Assembly (NCBI GenBank): GCA_039208735.1
Contig: JBCCQY010000187.1
Coordinates: forward strand, 1-16,883
Reading direction: 5' to 3'
Length of the DNA stretch: 16,883 bases
From: Myxococcota bacterium
GTDB taxonomy: Bacteria > Myxococcota_A > UBA796 > GCA-2862545
Every line of letters begins with the position of its first letter. The first letter of the stretch is position 1. The translations under genes were made by a program, and so were the position numbers. Shown here one piece after another: positions 7,501-16,203 of this stretch. Below the pieces are notes generated by a model. That model worked only from the letters and a program-made list of their open reading frames with translations, did not search any database and had not been told where the DNA came from.

Positions 7501-8286
7501 TCAGGAACCCGATTCGCGGACTGCATCGCGCGCCAATGCGAGGTCTCGTTTCAACAATTTTGCGTGATTGGTCGATTCGGGAGCGTGTAGTTCGGTCAGC
7601 AGCGCGTGGAGTTCCTGGGCCGCTTCGCCTTGGGGGTCGCGTCGGGCTTCGGTAACCACTGCCTCAGCGCGCTCTAGGAGGGGGCCGGCTAGACCCGTCG
7701 GCAATTTGCCGGCAAGGTCGCGGATGGCCCTCATTGTCGCGTCTGGATCGAACGTGCCTTGTGGTCGCGGGGTACCGGCGATGGGGCGCCCGCTCCGGGT
7801 CCCCAGTGTCCATAAATTGGCGGTGGGCCATGCGATGAAGAGCAGGCCTGTGCCCAGGAGTACCGCCGTGGTGAGCAACCACTCTTCGAAGGTGCGTGTG
7901 GTTGCAACCTGGCTCGTCACCCCGGGAATCACGGTGAACATGGCCAGACCGAGCAGCGTGGTTGCACTTCCGCCTAGCAAGGCCAGGGCCGAAAGCCCCC
8001 CGGACGCGAGGAGTCGAGGTTGCAGGCTGCCCTCGGCCGCTTGTGTCGTGGGGATGACCGAAGTGTGGAGTCCCATCGCTTCGAGGTCGTGAGCCAACGC
8101 CGTTGCCTGACCTTCTGGAAGTTCGGTCGCGGCGATGAACTCGAGCTTCTCGCCGGCGACCCGAGAGTACGCCAGGCCGTAGCGGGCAAGGACACCCGCA
8201 ATCGCGTCATGATCGACGGTTCGTGGCCAACCTGCGGCCACGAACATTGATGCACCCCGGGACGAGGCAAGAACCGAGTACGTCAT
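7501..8286 (-). CDS. Hypothetical membrane protein (two TM segments, helical C-terminus)
   Basis: 261-aa ORF fits between neighbours without overlap; two long hydrophobic segments; no recognised catalytic motif. Confidence 0.7.
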   Translation of the reverse strand: MTYSVLASSRGASMFVAAGWPRTVDHDAIAGVLARYGLAYSRVAGEKLEFIAATELPEGQATALAHDLEAMGLHTSVIPTTQAAEGSLQPRLLASGGLSALALLGGSATTLLGLAMFTVIPGVTSQVATTRTFEEWLLTTAVLLGTGLLFIAWPTANLWTLGTRSGRPIAGTPRPQGTFDPDATMRAIRDLAGKLPTGLAGPLLERAEAVVTEARRDPQGEAAQELHALLTELHAPESTNHAKLLKRDLALARDAVRESGS

Positions 8287-8323
8287 GGGCCCTATCTATC
8301 GTCGGCGGGCCCAAGGCTGACGA

Positions 8324-8920
8324 TTAGAACGAGCCCGAACGACAGCGCCAACCGCAGTCGCCGCCCCGGGTTGCCGTAGCCAGCCAGGGCCGACGACGGA
8401 ACGGCCAGATGCCGCAACCGCCGGTGTCTGCCTCGCGCACCGTCACGGCAGGCGTAAAGTCGATGATGGCGCACTGGTCGTCTAGATCGGTCCAACCGGT
8501 GCCATTGCAGTCCGCGGCGAGGGCGGAGTAGGACGCGGCATCGCACGCGGCCCTCACCGCCGATCGTGCCTCCTCGATGGCACGGTCGATGGCGCGGTTC
8601 TGGTTGCATGCACCGTCCGTACGAGTGCGCTGAACAAAGGGCGGGTTGGGACCCAGGAAGCATGCGGTGACCGTGGAGTTAGCGTCCAGGTCGAGTTCGG
8701 GGTCCAAGTCGGTGTATCCAAGTTCGTCGCCGTAGTACTCCGCCTCTGCTACCGCGGCGGCGACTCCGTCATCAGGGGCGTCGTCCGGTACTTCGTCGAA
8801 GGCTGCCTCCTCGACGATGAACGCCGGTTCGTCATCGTATTCGCCAGGAACTTCCTCTTCACATCCCGCCGCCAGGGCCCCGATTGAGAGGGCCGCCATT
8901 GCACCAAGAATCATCCTCAC
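8324..8920 (-). CDS. Putative lipoprotein with acidic linker and 8-Cys C-terminal domain
   Basis: Signal MRMILGAMAALSIGALAAGC; D/E-rich region; eight Cys in the last ~115 aa; AAGGA upstream. Confidence 0.78.
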   Translation of the reverse strand: MRMILGAMAALSIGALAAGCEEEVPGEYDDEPAFIVEEAAFDEVPDDAPDDGVAAAVAEAEYYGDELGYTDLDPELDLDANSTVTACFLGPNPPFVQRTRTDGACNQNRAIDRAIEEARSAVRAACDAASYSALAADCNGTGWTDLDDQCAIIDFTPAVTVREADTGGCGIWPFRRRPWLATATRGGDCGWRCRSGSF

Positions 8921-9034
8921 GGCAACACCATCCTTTCTGAAAAACCTCGATTCGAGCCGAGCGTTCGTATGGTGTTGCCGTTCAACGTAAATTGAACACT
9001 TTTCAATATCGTCAAATGACGGCCGGATGCCGGT

Positions 9035-9910
9035 TCAGTCTGTCCAGAAGTCGCGCGATGCGGCACGGCGGCGGGCGATGGCGCTCTGCTTGGGGTCGTC
9101 GCGGTATTCGACCCAACCATGAGCGCTATCGCCGTCGGGAACGAGTCCCGTCATCACCACCGCCGTGGTGAGGCCGGCTCCGAGGACCTCGAAGGCTTGG
9201 GCGGTGTAGAGGTCGGCTTCCACGTTCTTGTTGATCATGAACTTGAGCTGACGAAGGCCCTGGGGGTTCTTCAACCGCAGCAGATCGACCAGCTCCTGCG
9301 TTTCGGTCTCCAGCGCGTCATCGGCCACGACGCGGTTGAATAGGCCGAGTTGTACGCCTCGTCGTGCCGGATGCAAGGCCCCGAGAAGGTTGATTTCCTT
9401 TGTCATGCGGCGGCCGATCAACCGAGCCATCCGCGTGGTGCCCCCCCAGCCTGGCGTGATGCCCCAATCCACTTCGGGCATGCCCCACCGGCTGCGCTCG
9501 GTACAAATCACGAAGTCGCAGGCCATCGTGACCTCGAGCCCTCCCCCAACGCAGTAGCCATCCACGGCTGCAATGGTGATGAGGTCGAGTTCCTCAAGGG
9601 TGTTGGCCATGTCTTGGTACATGCGGACCCGGCGCATGGACCGAGCGGGGTCGCCCCACGCCCCGGTCGACATCTCCGTTAGATCGTCGCCTGCGCAGAA
9701 ATTGCCTCCCGAGCCCGTAATGACCAACACCCGATGCCGCCCGGCATCCCTCACGAAGTCCAAGGCCCGATGGAACTCCGCTGAGAGGTTGATGGAGAGC
9801 GCGTTGACGACTTGGGGCCGGTTGAACGTGATGCGAGCCACGACACCCTCTTCCTCGAAGATTAGATCGTCGAATGTGGGCGTTGGAAGTTCGGTAGCGT
9901 CAGTGGTCAT
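9035..9910 (-). CDS. Enoyl-CoA hydratase/isomerase (crotonase) family protein
   Basis: ITFNRPQVVNAL, FCAGDDL, AAVDGYCVGGGLE, GMPEVDWGITPGWGG (both catalytic Glu present); GGAGGA RBS. Confidence 0.95.
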   Translation of the reverse strand: MTTDATELPTPTFDDLIFEEEGVVARITFNRPQVVNALSINLSAEFHRALDFVRDAGRHRVLVITGSGGNFCAGDDLTEMSTGAWGDPARSMRRVRMYQDMANTLEELDLITIAAVDGYCVGGGLEVTMACDFVICTERSRWGMPEVDWGITPGWGGTTRMARLIGRRMTKEINLLGALHPARRGVQLGLFNRVVADDALETETQELVDLLRLKNPQGLRQLKFMINKNVEADLYTAQAFEVLGAGLTTAVVMTGLVPDGDSAHGWVEYRDDPKQSAIARRRAASRDFWTD

Positions 9911-9938
9911 CGTTCCTCCGGTCCGAATCTAGCGAATC

Positions 9939-9984
9939 GTCACTATGGAATGCGAAGTCATAGTAACTATGAAATCTGAAGTCA
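9939..9984. promoter_or_regulatory. Tandem operator candidate for the HxlR-family regulator
   Basis: Two 22-bp copies (9939-9960, 9963-9984; 18/22 identical), each ACT-N11-AGT; junction palindrome tcatagt-a-actatga (9958-9972); lies between divergent genes. Confidence 0.7.
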
Positions 9985-10436
9985 CAAATGAGTCTCGGCA
10001 GCGGCCCGAGATGGATTCGGTCGAACGGATGCTTTCGGTGGTTGGAGATCGGTGGACCTTCCTGCTGCTGCGGGAGGCTTTCTTCGGGGTCACGCGGTTC
10101 GAGGACTTTCGCGTGAACACCGGTGCCTCCCCCGCGGTGCTGACGGATCGCCTCAAGCGATCGGTCCAGCATGGGCTTTTGGAGCGACAACGCTACGGTA
10201 CGCATCGCAAGCGTTTCGGCTACCGATTGACCGAGAAGGGCACCGACCTCTACCCGATCATCGTCTTGATGATGAAGTGGGGAGATCGGTGGCTCAACGA
10301 CGGCGCGAGCCCCATCGTGCTGACCCACACGTGTGGTGCGACCACCGAAGCGATGGTGCTTCGTTGCGATGGCTGTGGGGAAGTGATCGAGGCGCGAGAC
10401 GTCGAGTGGTCGAATGGAGAGGTGGAGGAGCCATAG
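9969..10436 (+). CDS. HxlR/DUF24 family winged-helix transcriptional regulator
   Basis: SVERMLSVVGDRWTFLLLREAFFGVTRFEDF, LTDRLK, YRLTEKGTDL, WGDRW; C-terminal HTCG...CDGC. Start uncertain (9945, 9969 or 10011). Confidence 0.92.
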   Translation: MKSEVTNESRQRPEMDSVERMLSVVGDRWTFLLLREAFFGVTRFEDFRVNTGASPAVLTDRLKRSVQHGLLERQRYGTHRKRFGYRLTEKGTDLYPIIVLMMKWGDRWLNDGASPIVLTHTCGATTEAMVLRCDGCGEVIEARDVEWSNGEVEEP

Positions 10437-10454
10437 GGGCGCCTCCAACCGCGA

Positions 10455-11273
10455 TCAGTTCATGGCCTCAAGGCGAAGGAGCGCGCCTGGCACGCGACGG
10501 CGCTCGTCCGGGCTGAACTGCTCGATCATCCGTGCCGCGCGTTCGGACTCAGGGACCTTTGCCAGCGCCTCGATTCGAGACCGGAAGGCGGCCCGGCGAG
10601 CCTCTAGGGCTTCGAGCCGGGCCAGTGCGGCACTGCCGAAGGTGGCGAACTGCCGCGTGCGAATCGCAGCCAGTTCGGAGGGGGATGCGCCGGCCTCTTT
10701 CGCCTCGGTGATCGCGGCCTGCGCCTTGCGATACCGTCCGGCGGTGGTTTGTCGGAATTGCGCTTCGTCTTCCGCGGTCAGGGCTTGGATGGCGGCCTGG
10801 CGTTGCCGTTGGTCGGGCAGCGCTAGGGCATCCGCCATGGCGAAACCTCGGTCGAGACGTTGGCGTTCGGACGTGGCGAGGGGCGTCGTCCCCAAGGCAT
10901 CCGTCACCAGCTGGTCGAGATCGGCCCTGGCTTGTACCCGATTCCCAGACGGGCGCTCGAGGATTTGGGCGGCTTGTCGCCTGTAATCGACGTAGCCTTC
11001 GAACGCGGCCCGTACCTCGGCCACGTGGGCTTCATCGAGGTCGTGGGCCCTCAGTCGTGCCTCGAACCAAGCCGCAAACTCCGCTTCAGGAAGTTCGTCC
11101 TCGACGAGCAGCGCGTAGTCGAAGGCTCTCCGGGCGCCATCGTCGAGGACCAGGGCGGGGTCAAAGGTAAAGGCGCCGTCGAGGTCTGTGCCGGTCAGCG
11201 ACGTTTCGGCGGACGGCGCTCCACAGGCTACGAGCACCACGGCGAGGAACAGCGTGCGAATGCGAGTCATCAT
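10455..11273 (-). CDS. Lipase-specific foldase (lipase chaperone, Lif family)
   Basis: RRAFDYALL resembles the Lif motif RxxFDY(F/C)L; helical; R..FG..A..RL pattern; coupled (TGATG) to the upstream lipase; N-terminal lipobox LVAC. Confidence 0.85.
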   Translation of the reverse strand: MMTRIRTLFLAVVLVACGAPSAETSLTGTDLDGAFTFDPALVLDDGARRAFDYALLVEDELPEAEFAAWFEARLRAHDLDEAHVAEVRAAFEGYVDYRRQAAQILERPSGNRVQARADLDQLVTDALGTTPLATSERQRLDRGFAMADALALPDQRQRQAAIQALTAEDEAQFRQTTAGRYRKAQAAITEAKEAGASPSELAAIRTRQFATFGSAALARLEALEARRAAFRSRIEALAKVPESERAARMIEQFSPDERRRVPGALLRLEAMN

Positions 11274-12229
11274 CAGAGTCCCTCGTTCTTCAAGCGATTG
11301 GCGTGCGTGCGGAACAGCGATTTTGGATTGGGTCCGAACAGATACGTCAGTCCGAACACCTGGTTCACTTCATCGAGGTGGTTGAGGTTGTAATCGTCGC
11401 GAATGACGCGTCCGAGATGAGAGCTACAGACCCCGACAAGGCCGTCGTTGTCTTCGTTGTAGACCAATCCTGTCAACACGAGCAGCGCGTCGGATGGATC
11501 CAACAGGTTGGTCGACGTACGGTCGCCCGACCACGAATAGAATCGAATGCCGTTGACTTCGTCTGGACCATCCCCACACGGGGTGGTGGGCAACCCATTG
11601 GGGTGGGTCGCGTTGAAACTCGCGAGGCCCGTCGAGGTCAGGGAGTCGAGGGTTGCCACCGAGTCCTGCTCGGTGCCTCCAGCGCCCGAAAGCAAGGACA
11701 ACACATCGCCGAGGGCATCGGCAAACAAGGAGAGCACGCTCTCACTAAATCCGCCCGGTTCCACGCCATCGCGAAGGAGATCCGCAAGCTCGGCCCCTTG
11801 ATGCGGGCTGCCCACCGTCGTGACCGAGGCCACCAAGTGGGGCGCAACACTTGCCACATACCGGACATCAAGACCGCCATGGCTGTGTCCAATGAGGTTG
11901 ACCTTCGACGCTCCCGTCAAGGCAAGGATGTCCTCCACCTCGTCGAGCAGCGCCTCCCCCCGCAACTCGGTCGAACCAAATGCCGGAACTTGCGTAACGA
12001 ACACCGTGGCGCCGTCCCCTTCCAGGTCCGACGGAATTCCGTAGAAGTATTCGTAAACCCCGAAGAGTTCGTCGAATCCGGCTGCGCCATGCGCCAAAAC
12101 GATGGGGTACTCGGTTTCCGTATAGGTTGAGTTCCACCACCACGCTTGGGCGGCAACGGGAAGGGTCAGACCGACGGCGAGTGCGCCAAAACCCGCCGCG
12201 ATGCCTAATCTTGACCACCATTGTTGCAT
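11273..12229 (-). CDS. Secreted triacylglycerol lipase, family I (Pseudomonas LipA-like)
   Basis: YPIVLAHG, nucleophile GHSHG, SPHQG, NDGLV (Asp), NHLDEVNQ (His). Signal peptide ending AQA. ATG12229 with GGAGG RBS. Confidence 0.95.
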   Translation of the reverse strand: MQQWWSRLGIAAGFGALAVGLTLPVAAQAWWWNSTYTETEYPIVLAHGAAGFDELFGVYEYFYGIPSDLEGDGATVFVTQVPAFGSTELRGEALLDEVEDILALTGASKVNLIGHSHGGLDVRYVASVAPHLVASVTTVGSPHQGAELADLLRDGVEPGGFSESVLSLFADALGDVLSLLSGAGGTEQDSVATLDSLTSTGLASFNATHPNGLPTTPCGDGPDEVNGIRFYSWSGDRTSTNLLDPSDALLVLTGLVYNEDNDGLVGVCSSHLGRVIRDDYNLNHLDEVNQVFGLTYLFGPNPKSLFRTHANRLKNEGL

Positions 12230-12299
12230 GCACACCTCCGGAAGCCCCACGCCGATCGACGTGGGTACACCTGGAACAGTCCCGAGCAGTCGCTCGGGC

Positions 12300-12331
12300 A
12301 CGTTCGGTTGTTCGTTAAACATACCGAACGT
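12300..12331. promoter_or_regulatory. Inverted repeat upstream of the lipase (operator candidate)
   Basis: acgttcggt (12300-12308) / accgaacgt (12323-12331) with inner tgtt/aaca pairing. Confidence 0.5.
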
Positions 12332-12459
12332 ACGGATTGCAAATTCGATCCAGCCTGGGAGCGGGTCTTTCCGTGGGGGATCACAGGTGATCGGTTTGCG
12401 CCTTGGCCGCTTGCCGCGAATCCCTGTCTGCGATTTTTTGATTAAAAGGCTGGGTTTCG

Positions 12460-13851
12460 TTAGTGCTTTGCCGCTTGGTGAAGGGTCAGCACATCCATCC
12501 GATCGATCCACACTTCGGCATGCCCGTCTTTGTGAACCTCAACCCATCGACAGGGGGCACCCGCCGGCAAGCGTCCCGTCACATCGCAGTACGTGCCGGG
12601 GGGGAGCGAGGTCGGGATGCGCGCCTTGAAGGGCACATCGTCGGCATTGAAGACCACGAACCCACGGTCTCCACGTGAAAATGCGACACGACGTGGGCCT
12701 TGGGACCACCAATCCGTCACCGGCGCTTGGCCGACGGTCTGCCTGAACGCCAGCATGCCGCGTACCGAGCGGGTTCGATGTTCGCAGACGAACGGTCCTC
12801 GGCAGTTCCCAGCCGCATCGAGGACCGGCGCCACTTGTCCCTCAGCGTCCAGCGGTGGGCCGGTGTCGCGGTGGTCGAAGGCGTAGCTCGACATGACGCG
12901 GGGGCGTCCGTGCGGCCACGCGAGCATGAAGGTCACGGCCATCTCGTGCCGTGGCCCGTCGACGTAGGTGAGCGGGCGTTGATCAGCCGGCTGGCGTTGG
13001 GTGTCGTGGTTGTCGACAAACACGAGGGACGTTTGGCTGGGCAATAGGCCCCATTCGGAGCCGAACGTGCGCAGTGAGGCAAGGTCGTTCCGTCGAAACG
13101 CGTTCGAAAGCGCCATCCCGTACCGAAAGTCGGTGACCCAGCCGAGATGAGCGTAATCCTTGGCTCCGACGGCTTCATTGCCATGGTCGATGACCTCCAT
13201 CACCACCTCGAACGGAGCCTTGGCCTGGGTGAGGATCTGTTCTAGATCGGAGGGCGGGATGTGCTTGGCACTGTCGATTCGCAATCCATCGACGCCAAGG
13301 CGCGAAAGATCGTCCAGATGCCTGGCAAGCGTGTGCTGGACGGATGGCTGTTCGGTGGCAAGGTCGGGCAGGCCAAACAGCTCGCACGTCCAGATCTCAT
13401 CGCGGGACGTCCAATCTTGGATGGGTCGTCGACAGGAGTGAAAGGCGTCGTCGTCGTAGATGCCGGGAATGGCGTACCGGCGAAACGGCGTCCCCGCGGA
13501 ACCGGTGCCCTCGGATGCGCCTACCGTGTGGTTCAACACCACATCGACCATGACCTGGACCCCGGCCCGTACGCACCGTCGGCTCATGGTGCGAAACGCG
13601 TTGCGGTCTCCGAGGCGCCCTTGCAGCTTGGGCGACACGGGCTGGTAGCGTTCCCACCACGGTGCGGTGGTGAGCACGACGTGCTCCTGAGGCGGAGAGA
13701 CCTGGACCGCTTTGAACCCCGAGGGGCCCAAGACCGCTTCGCACTCCCGCCCGACGTCGACGTACGGCCATTCGAACAACTGTACGATGACGTCTTGGGA
13801 AGGGACTTGCGGCGGGGTGCACGGCCCTCCGGCGAGCAGAATCGTCCACAT
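12460..13851 (-). CDS. Alpha-amylase, glycoside hydrolase family 13 (actinobacterial/animal-like type)
   Basis: VIVQLFEW, VQVSPPQEH, WWERYQPVS, DVVLNH, GLRIDSAKHI (nucleophile), EVID (acid/base), FVDNHDTQR; C-terminal AFSRG...LPPGTYCDV beta domain. Confidence 0.95.
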   Translation of the reverse strand: MWTILLAGGPCTPPQVPSQDVIVQLFEWPYVDVGRECEAVLGPSGFKAVQVSPPQEHVVLTTAPWWERYQPVSPKLQGRLGDRNAFRTMSRRCVRAGVQVMVDVVLNHTVGASEGTGSAGTPFRRYAIPGIYDDDAFHSCRRPIQDWTSRDEIWTCELFGLPDLATEQPSVQHTLARHLDDLSRLGVDGLRIDSAKHIPPSDLEQILTQAKAPFEVVMEVIDHGNEAVGAKDYAHLGWVTDFRYGMALSNAFRRNDLASLRTFGSEWGLLPSQTSLVFVDNHDTQRQPADQRPLTYVDGPRHEMAVTFMLAWPHGRPRVMSSYAFDHRDTGPPLDAEGQVAPVLDAAGNCRGPFVCEHRTRSVRGMLAFRQTVGQAPVTDWWSQGPRRVAFSRGDRGFVVFNADDVPFKARIPTSLPPGTYCDVTGRLPAGAPCRWVEVHKDGHAEVWIDRMDVLTLHQAAKH

Positions 13852-14047
13852 TGGGGCCTCCCCTACGCCACTATCCGCGATGGCGTTCGACAGCGGCCAG
13901 GTTCTCCGGTATGGTCAAGGGGAACGGCACGAGCGGCCAAGCGAAGGGAGGATTTTCGTGATTTCAGTTTCTCCCTTCCACCACGGGTAGGCTCGCCACG
14001 CGTTCGACCATTGGACCGGGCAGGCCCCCGGTTCCTTTGGACGAACG

Positions 14048-14896
14048 ATGTCATTTGAATTTGATGGCGACCCTGCCGCGGAACGGCAGTGGTCCTACCG
14101 CCCTTCGGTACATGAGCAAGGGTGGCTCGAGGCGGCACTCACGGACTGGTTTGATGATGAGACCCTCGAGGACGTGCTCTTTGCGGTGCGTGGCGGCAAA
14201 GAAGCGAACGTCTATGCGTGCCGTGGAGGTCCCGCTGCGCACCATGCGCTGGTCGCGGCCAAGGTCTACCGGCCCCGGAAATTCCGAGAGCTGTCCAATG
14301 ATGCGATCTATCGCGAGGGTCGTGGGGTTCTCGACGAGCAGGGTCACGGGGTACGAGCCCGCGACCGTCGGATGAGTCGTGCCATACGTCGAGGCACCCG
14401 ATTGGGTAAGCGTGCGGCCCACACCTCCTGGGTGATGCACGAAATGAGTGCGATGCAACGGTTGTACGATGCGGGGGTGAGGGTGCCCGAGCCCCTTGCG
14501 GCAAATCCCCGCGCGGTTCTTATGGAGTTCATTGGGGATGAGGAGGGAGCCGCCCCCACCCTGCAGCGTCTGCGCCCGTCTTTGGAGCTGGCGAGTCGGT
14601 TGTACGATCAGCTCCTCGACGCGATCGAACGGTTGCTGGAACTTGGGCTCGTCCATGGCGACCTTTCGCCCTACAACGTGCTGGTGTGGAACGATGAAGC
14701 CGTCGTGATCGACTTTCCTCAGATCGTCGATGTGATGCGCAACCCTCACGGCCCTCGGCTGTTTCTGCGCGACGTCGAGCGGATCGGTCAAGGCCCTTCG
14801 CTTCGCCGTCCCGTGGACAACCCTCGGGCCCTCGCCGATGCCATTTGGTGCCGCGTGTTTGGTACAGATGGCGTGCCGGACGGAGCGGTCTTCTGA
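14048..14896 (+). CDS. RIO1-family atypical protein kinase/ATPase
   Basis: GGKEANVY P-loop, AAKVYR, VRVPEP, LMEFIG, LVHGDLSPYNVL catalytic loop, IDFPQ metal-binding loop, RDVE. Confidence 0.93.
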   Translation: MSFEFDGDPAAERQWSYRPSVHEQGWLEAALTDWFDDETLEDVLFAVRGGKEANVYACRGGPAAHHALVAAKVYRPRKFRELSNDAIYREGRGVLDEQGHGVRARDRRMSRAIRRGTRLGKRAAHTSWVMHEMSAMQRLYDAGVRVPEPLAANPRAVLMEFIGDEEGAAPTLQRLRPSLELASRLYDQLLDAIERLLELGLVHGDLSPYNVLVWNDEAVVIDFPQIVDVMRNPHGPRLFLRDVERIGQGPSLRRPVDNPRALADAIWCRVFGTDGVPDGAVF

Positions 14897-14940
14897 TGAC
14901 GACGCGCTACAGGACCCAAGCCTGCGAACTGGAGAACCGG

Positions 14941-15579
14941 ATGGAACAGACGTTTGCTGTCGAAATCGATGCCTGGCCGCACGGTGGGCCCATTCCTGCG
15001 AAATATGCGCTCGGTCGACCAGGCGATGACGGCCCGTTCGCGTTTAGCGACAACGTGAGCCCCGGGATCCGTTGGAAGAACGCTCCAGAAGGAACGCGCT
15101 CGTTTGCCATCCTCTGCCGGGACCCAGACGTCCCTTCCTCAGGTGAAGACGTGAATCAGGCGGGCAAAATCGTGCCCGCCGATCTGCCTCGGGTGGACTT
15201 CTTCCACTGGGTTTTGGTGGACATTGCGCCGAGTCTCAACGAAATTGCCGAGGGCGCGGTGAGCCAGGGCGTCACCCAGGGCGGCAAGGCGACGGGGCCG
15301 AGCCCGCAGGGGCTTGTAGGCTACAACGACTACACCGGTTGGTTTGCCGGCGACGAGACGATGGGCGGGACGTACGGGGGGTATGACGGTCCGGCGCCTC
15401 CCTGGAATGACAGCATCGTCCATCACTACCACTTCGAGGTCTTTGCCCTCGATGTGCCCTCGCTGGACCTGGAAGGGTCGTTCGGGGGGAGCCAGGTCCT
15501 TGCTGCGATCAAAGGCCATGTGCTCGCCAAGGCGTCGTACGTGGGCACCTACAGCATGAACCCGGACGTACCGGCGTAG
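14941..15579 (+). CDS. YbhB/YbcL family Raf-kinase-inhibitor-like (PEBP) protein
   Basis: NVSPGIRW, APEGTRSFAILCRDPDVP, FFHWVLVDI, YDGPAPP, HHYHFEVFALDV. GGAGA precedes ATG14941; an in-frame ATG14896 overlaps the kinase stop. Confidence 0.93.
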   Translation: MEQTFAVEIDAWPHGGPIPAKYALGRPGDDGPFAFSDNVSPGIRWKNAPEGTRSFAILCRDPDVPSSGEDVNQAGKIVPADLPRVDFFHWVLVDIAPSLNEIAEGAVSQGVTQGGKATGPSPQGLVGYNDYTGWFAGDETMGGTYGGYDGPAPPWNDSIVHHYHFEVFALDVPSLDLEGSFGGSQVLAAIKGHVLAKASYVGTYSMNPDVPA

Positions 15580-15666
15580 CCTATACCGGCGGCCCAAGAC
15601 CCTTGGTCTCGCCGAGGTGGTGCGTCCGGACTGATTCAGTGGCAAGCGAAGCTTGCGCGAGTCTGA

Positions 15667-16203
15667 TCAGCTTTCGTCGCTTTGCTCCTGCAAGCTGATC
15701 AACTCTTCAAAGCGGCGGTACAGCGCGGTCATCTCTTCGCGGCTGGGCCGAGGTTCGAGCTGTTGGAATCCCAAGAAGGCGGCGTACTCGACCTTTGCGA
15801 CAACCTCGGCCTCCTCACCGTGGCGCTCACGGTGCAACGTCGTCAGGAATCCCATCCGGGTTCGATCGACGGCCGCCAGAGCGGGCGCAAGCCTTGGATG
15901 GCGAGCGACGAGCTGACGCATCGCGACCTCAACGTCGAGGTCCAAGGCGAGCGCAAGATCGTTGAGGTGGCCCGCATGGCCCTCGGGGCCTACTTCGTCG
16001 ATGACGGCGGTGGTGTGTTGGGATGCCCAATGGGCGACCACGGCATCCAGAAGGGCATCGTGATCGGGGAAATGGTGGTAGAGCGACCCGCGCGTCCGAC
16101 TGGCTGCCTCACACAAGGCTTGTACGGTGAGGGCGGAGGGACCGGCCTTGCCGAGCTGGGCGAGGGAGAGCTTCAGCCAATCTTCACGTCGGAATCGACT
16201 CAT
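15667..16203 (-). CDS. TetR/AcrR family transcriptional regulator
   Basis: N-terminal HTH LTVQALCEAASRTRGSLYHHFPDHDALL; ATG16203 overlaps the upstream stop (ATGA). Confidence 0.92.
   Translation of the reverse strand: MSRFRREDWLKLSLAQLGKAGPSALTVQALCEAASRTRGSLYHHFPDHDALLDAVVAHWASQHTTAVIDEVGPEGHAGHLNDLALALDLDVEVAMRQLVARHPRLAPALAAVDRTRMGFLTTLHRERHGEEAEVVAKVEYAAFLGFQQLEPRPSREEMTALYRRFEELISLQEQSDES

Noticed and set aside
12230..12511. N-terminal extensions given by the ORF track for the lipase (also 6463-6579, 5024-5197, 16204-16683, 1439-1486)
   Set aside because: Better starts with RBS or translational coupling exist downstream; the extensions overlap neighbouring genes or regulatory DNA.
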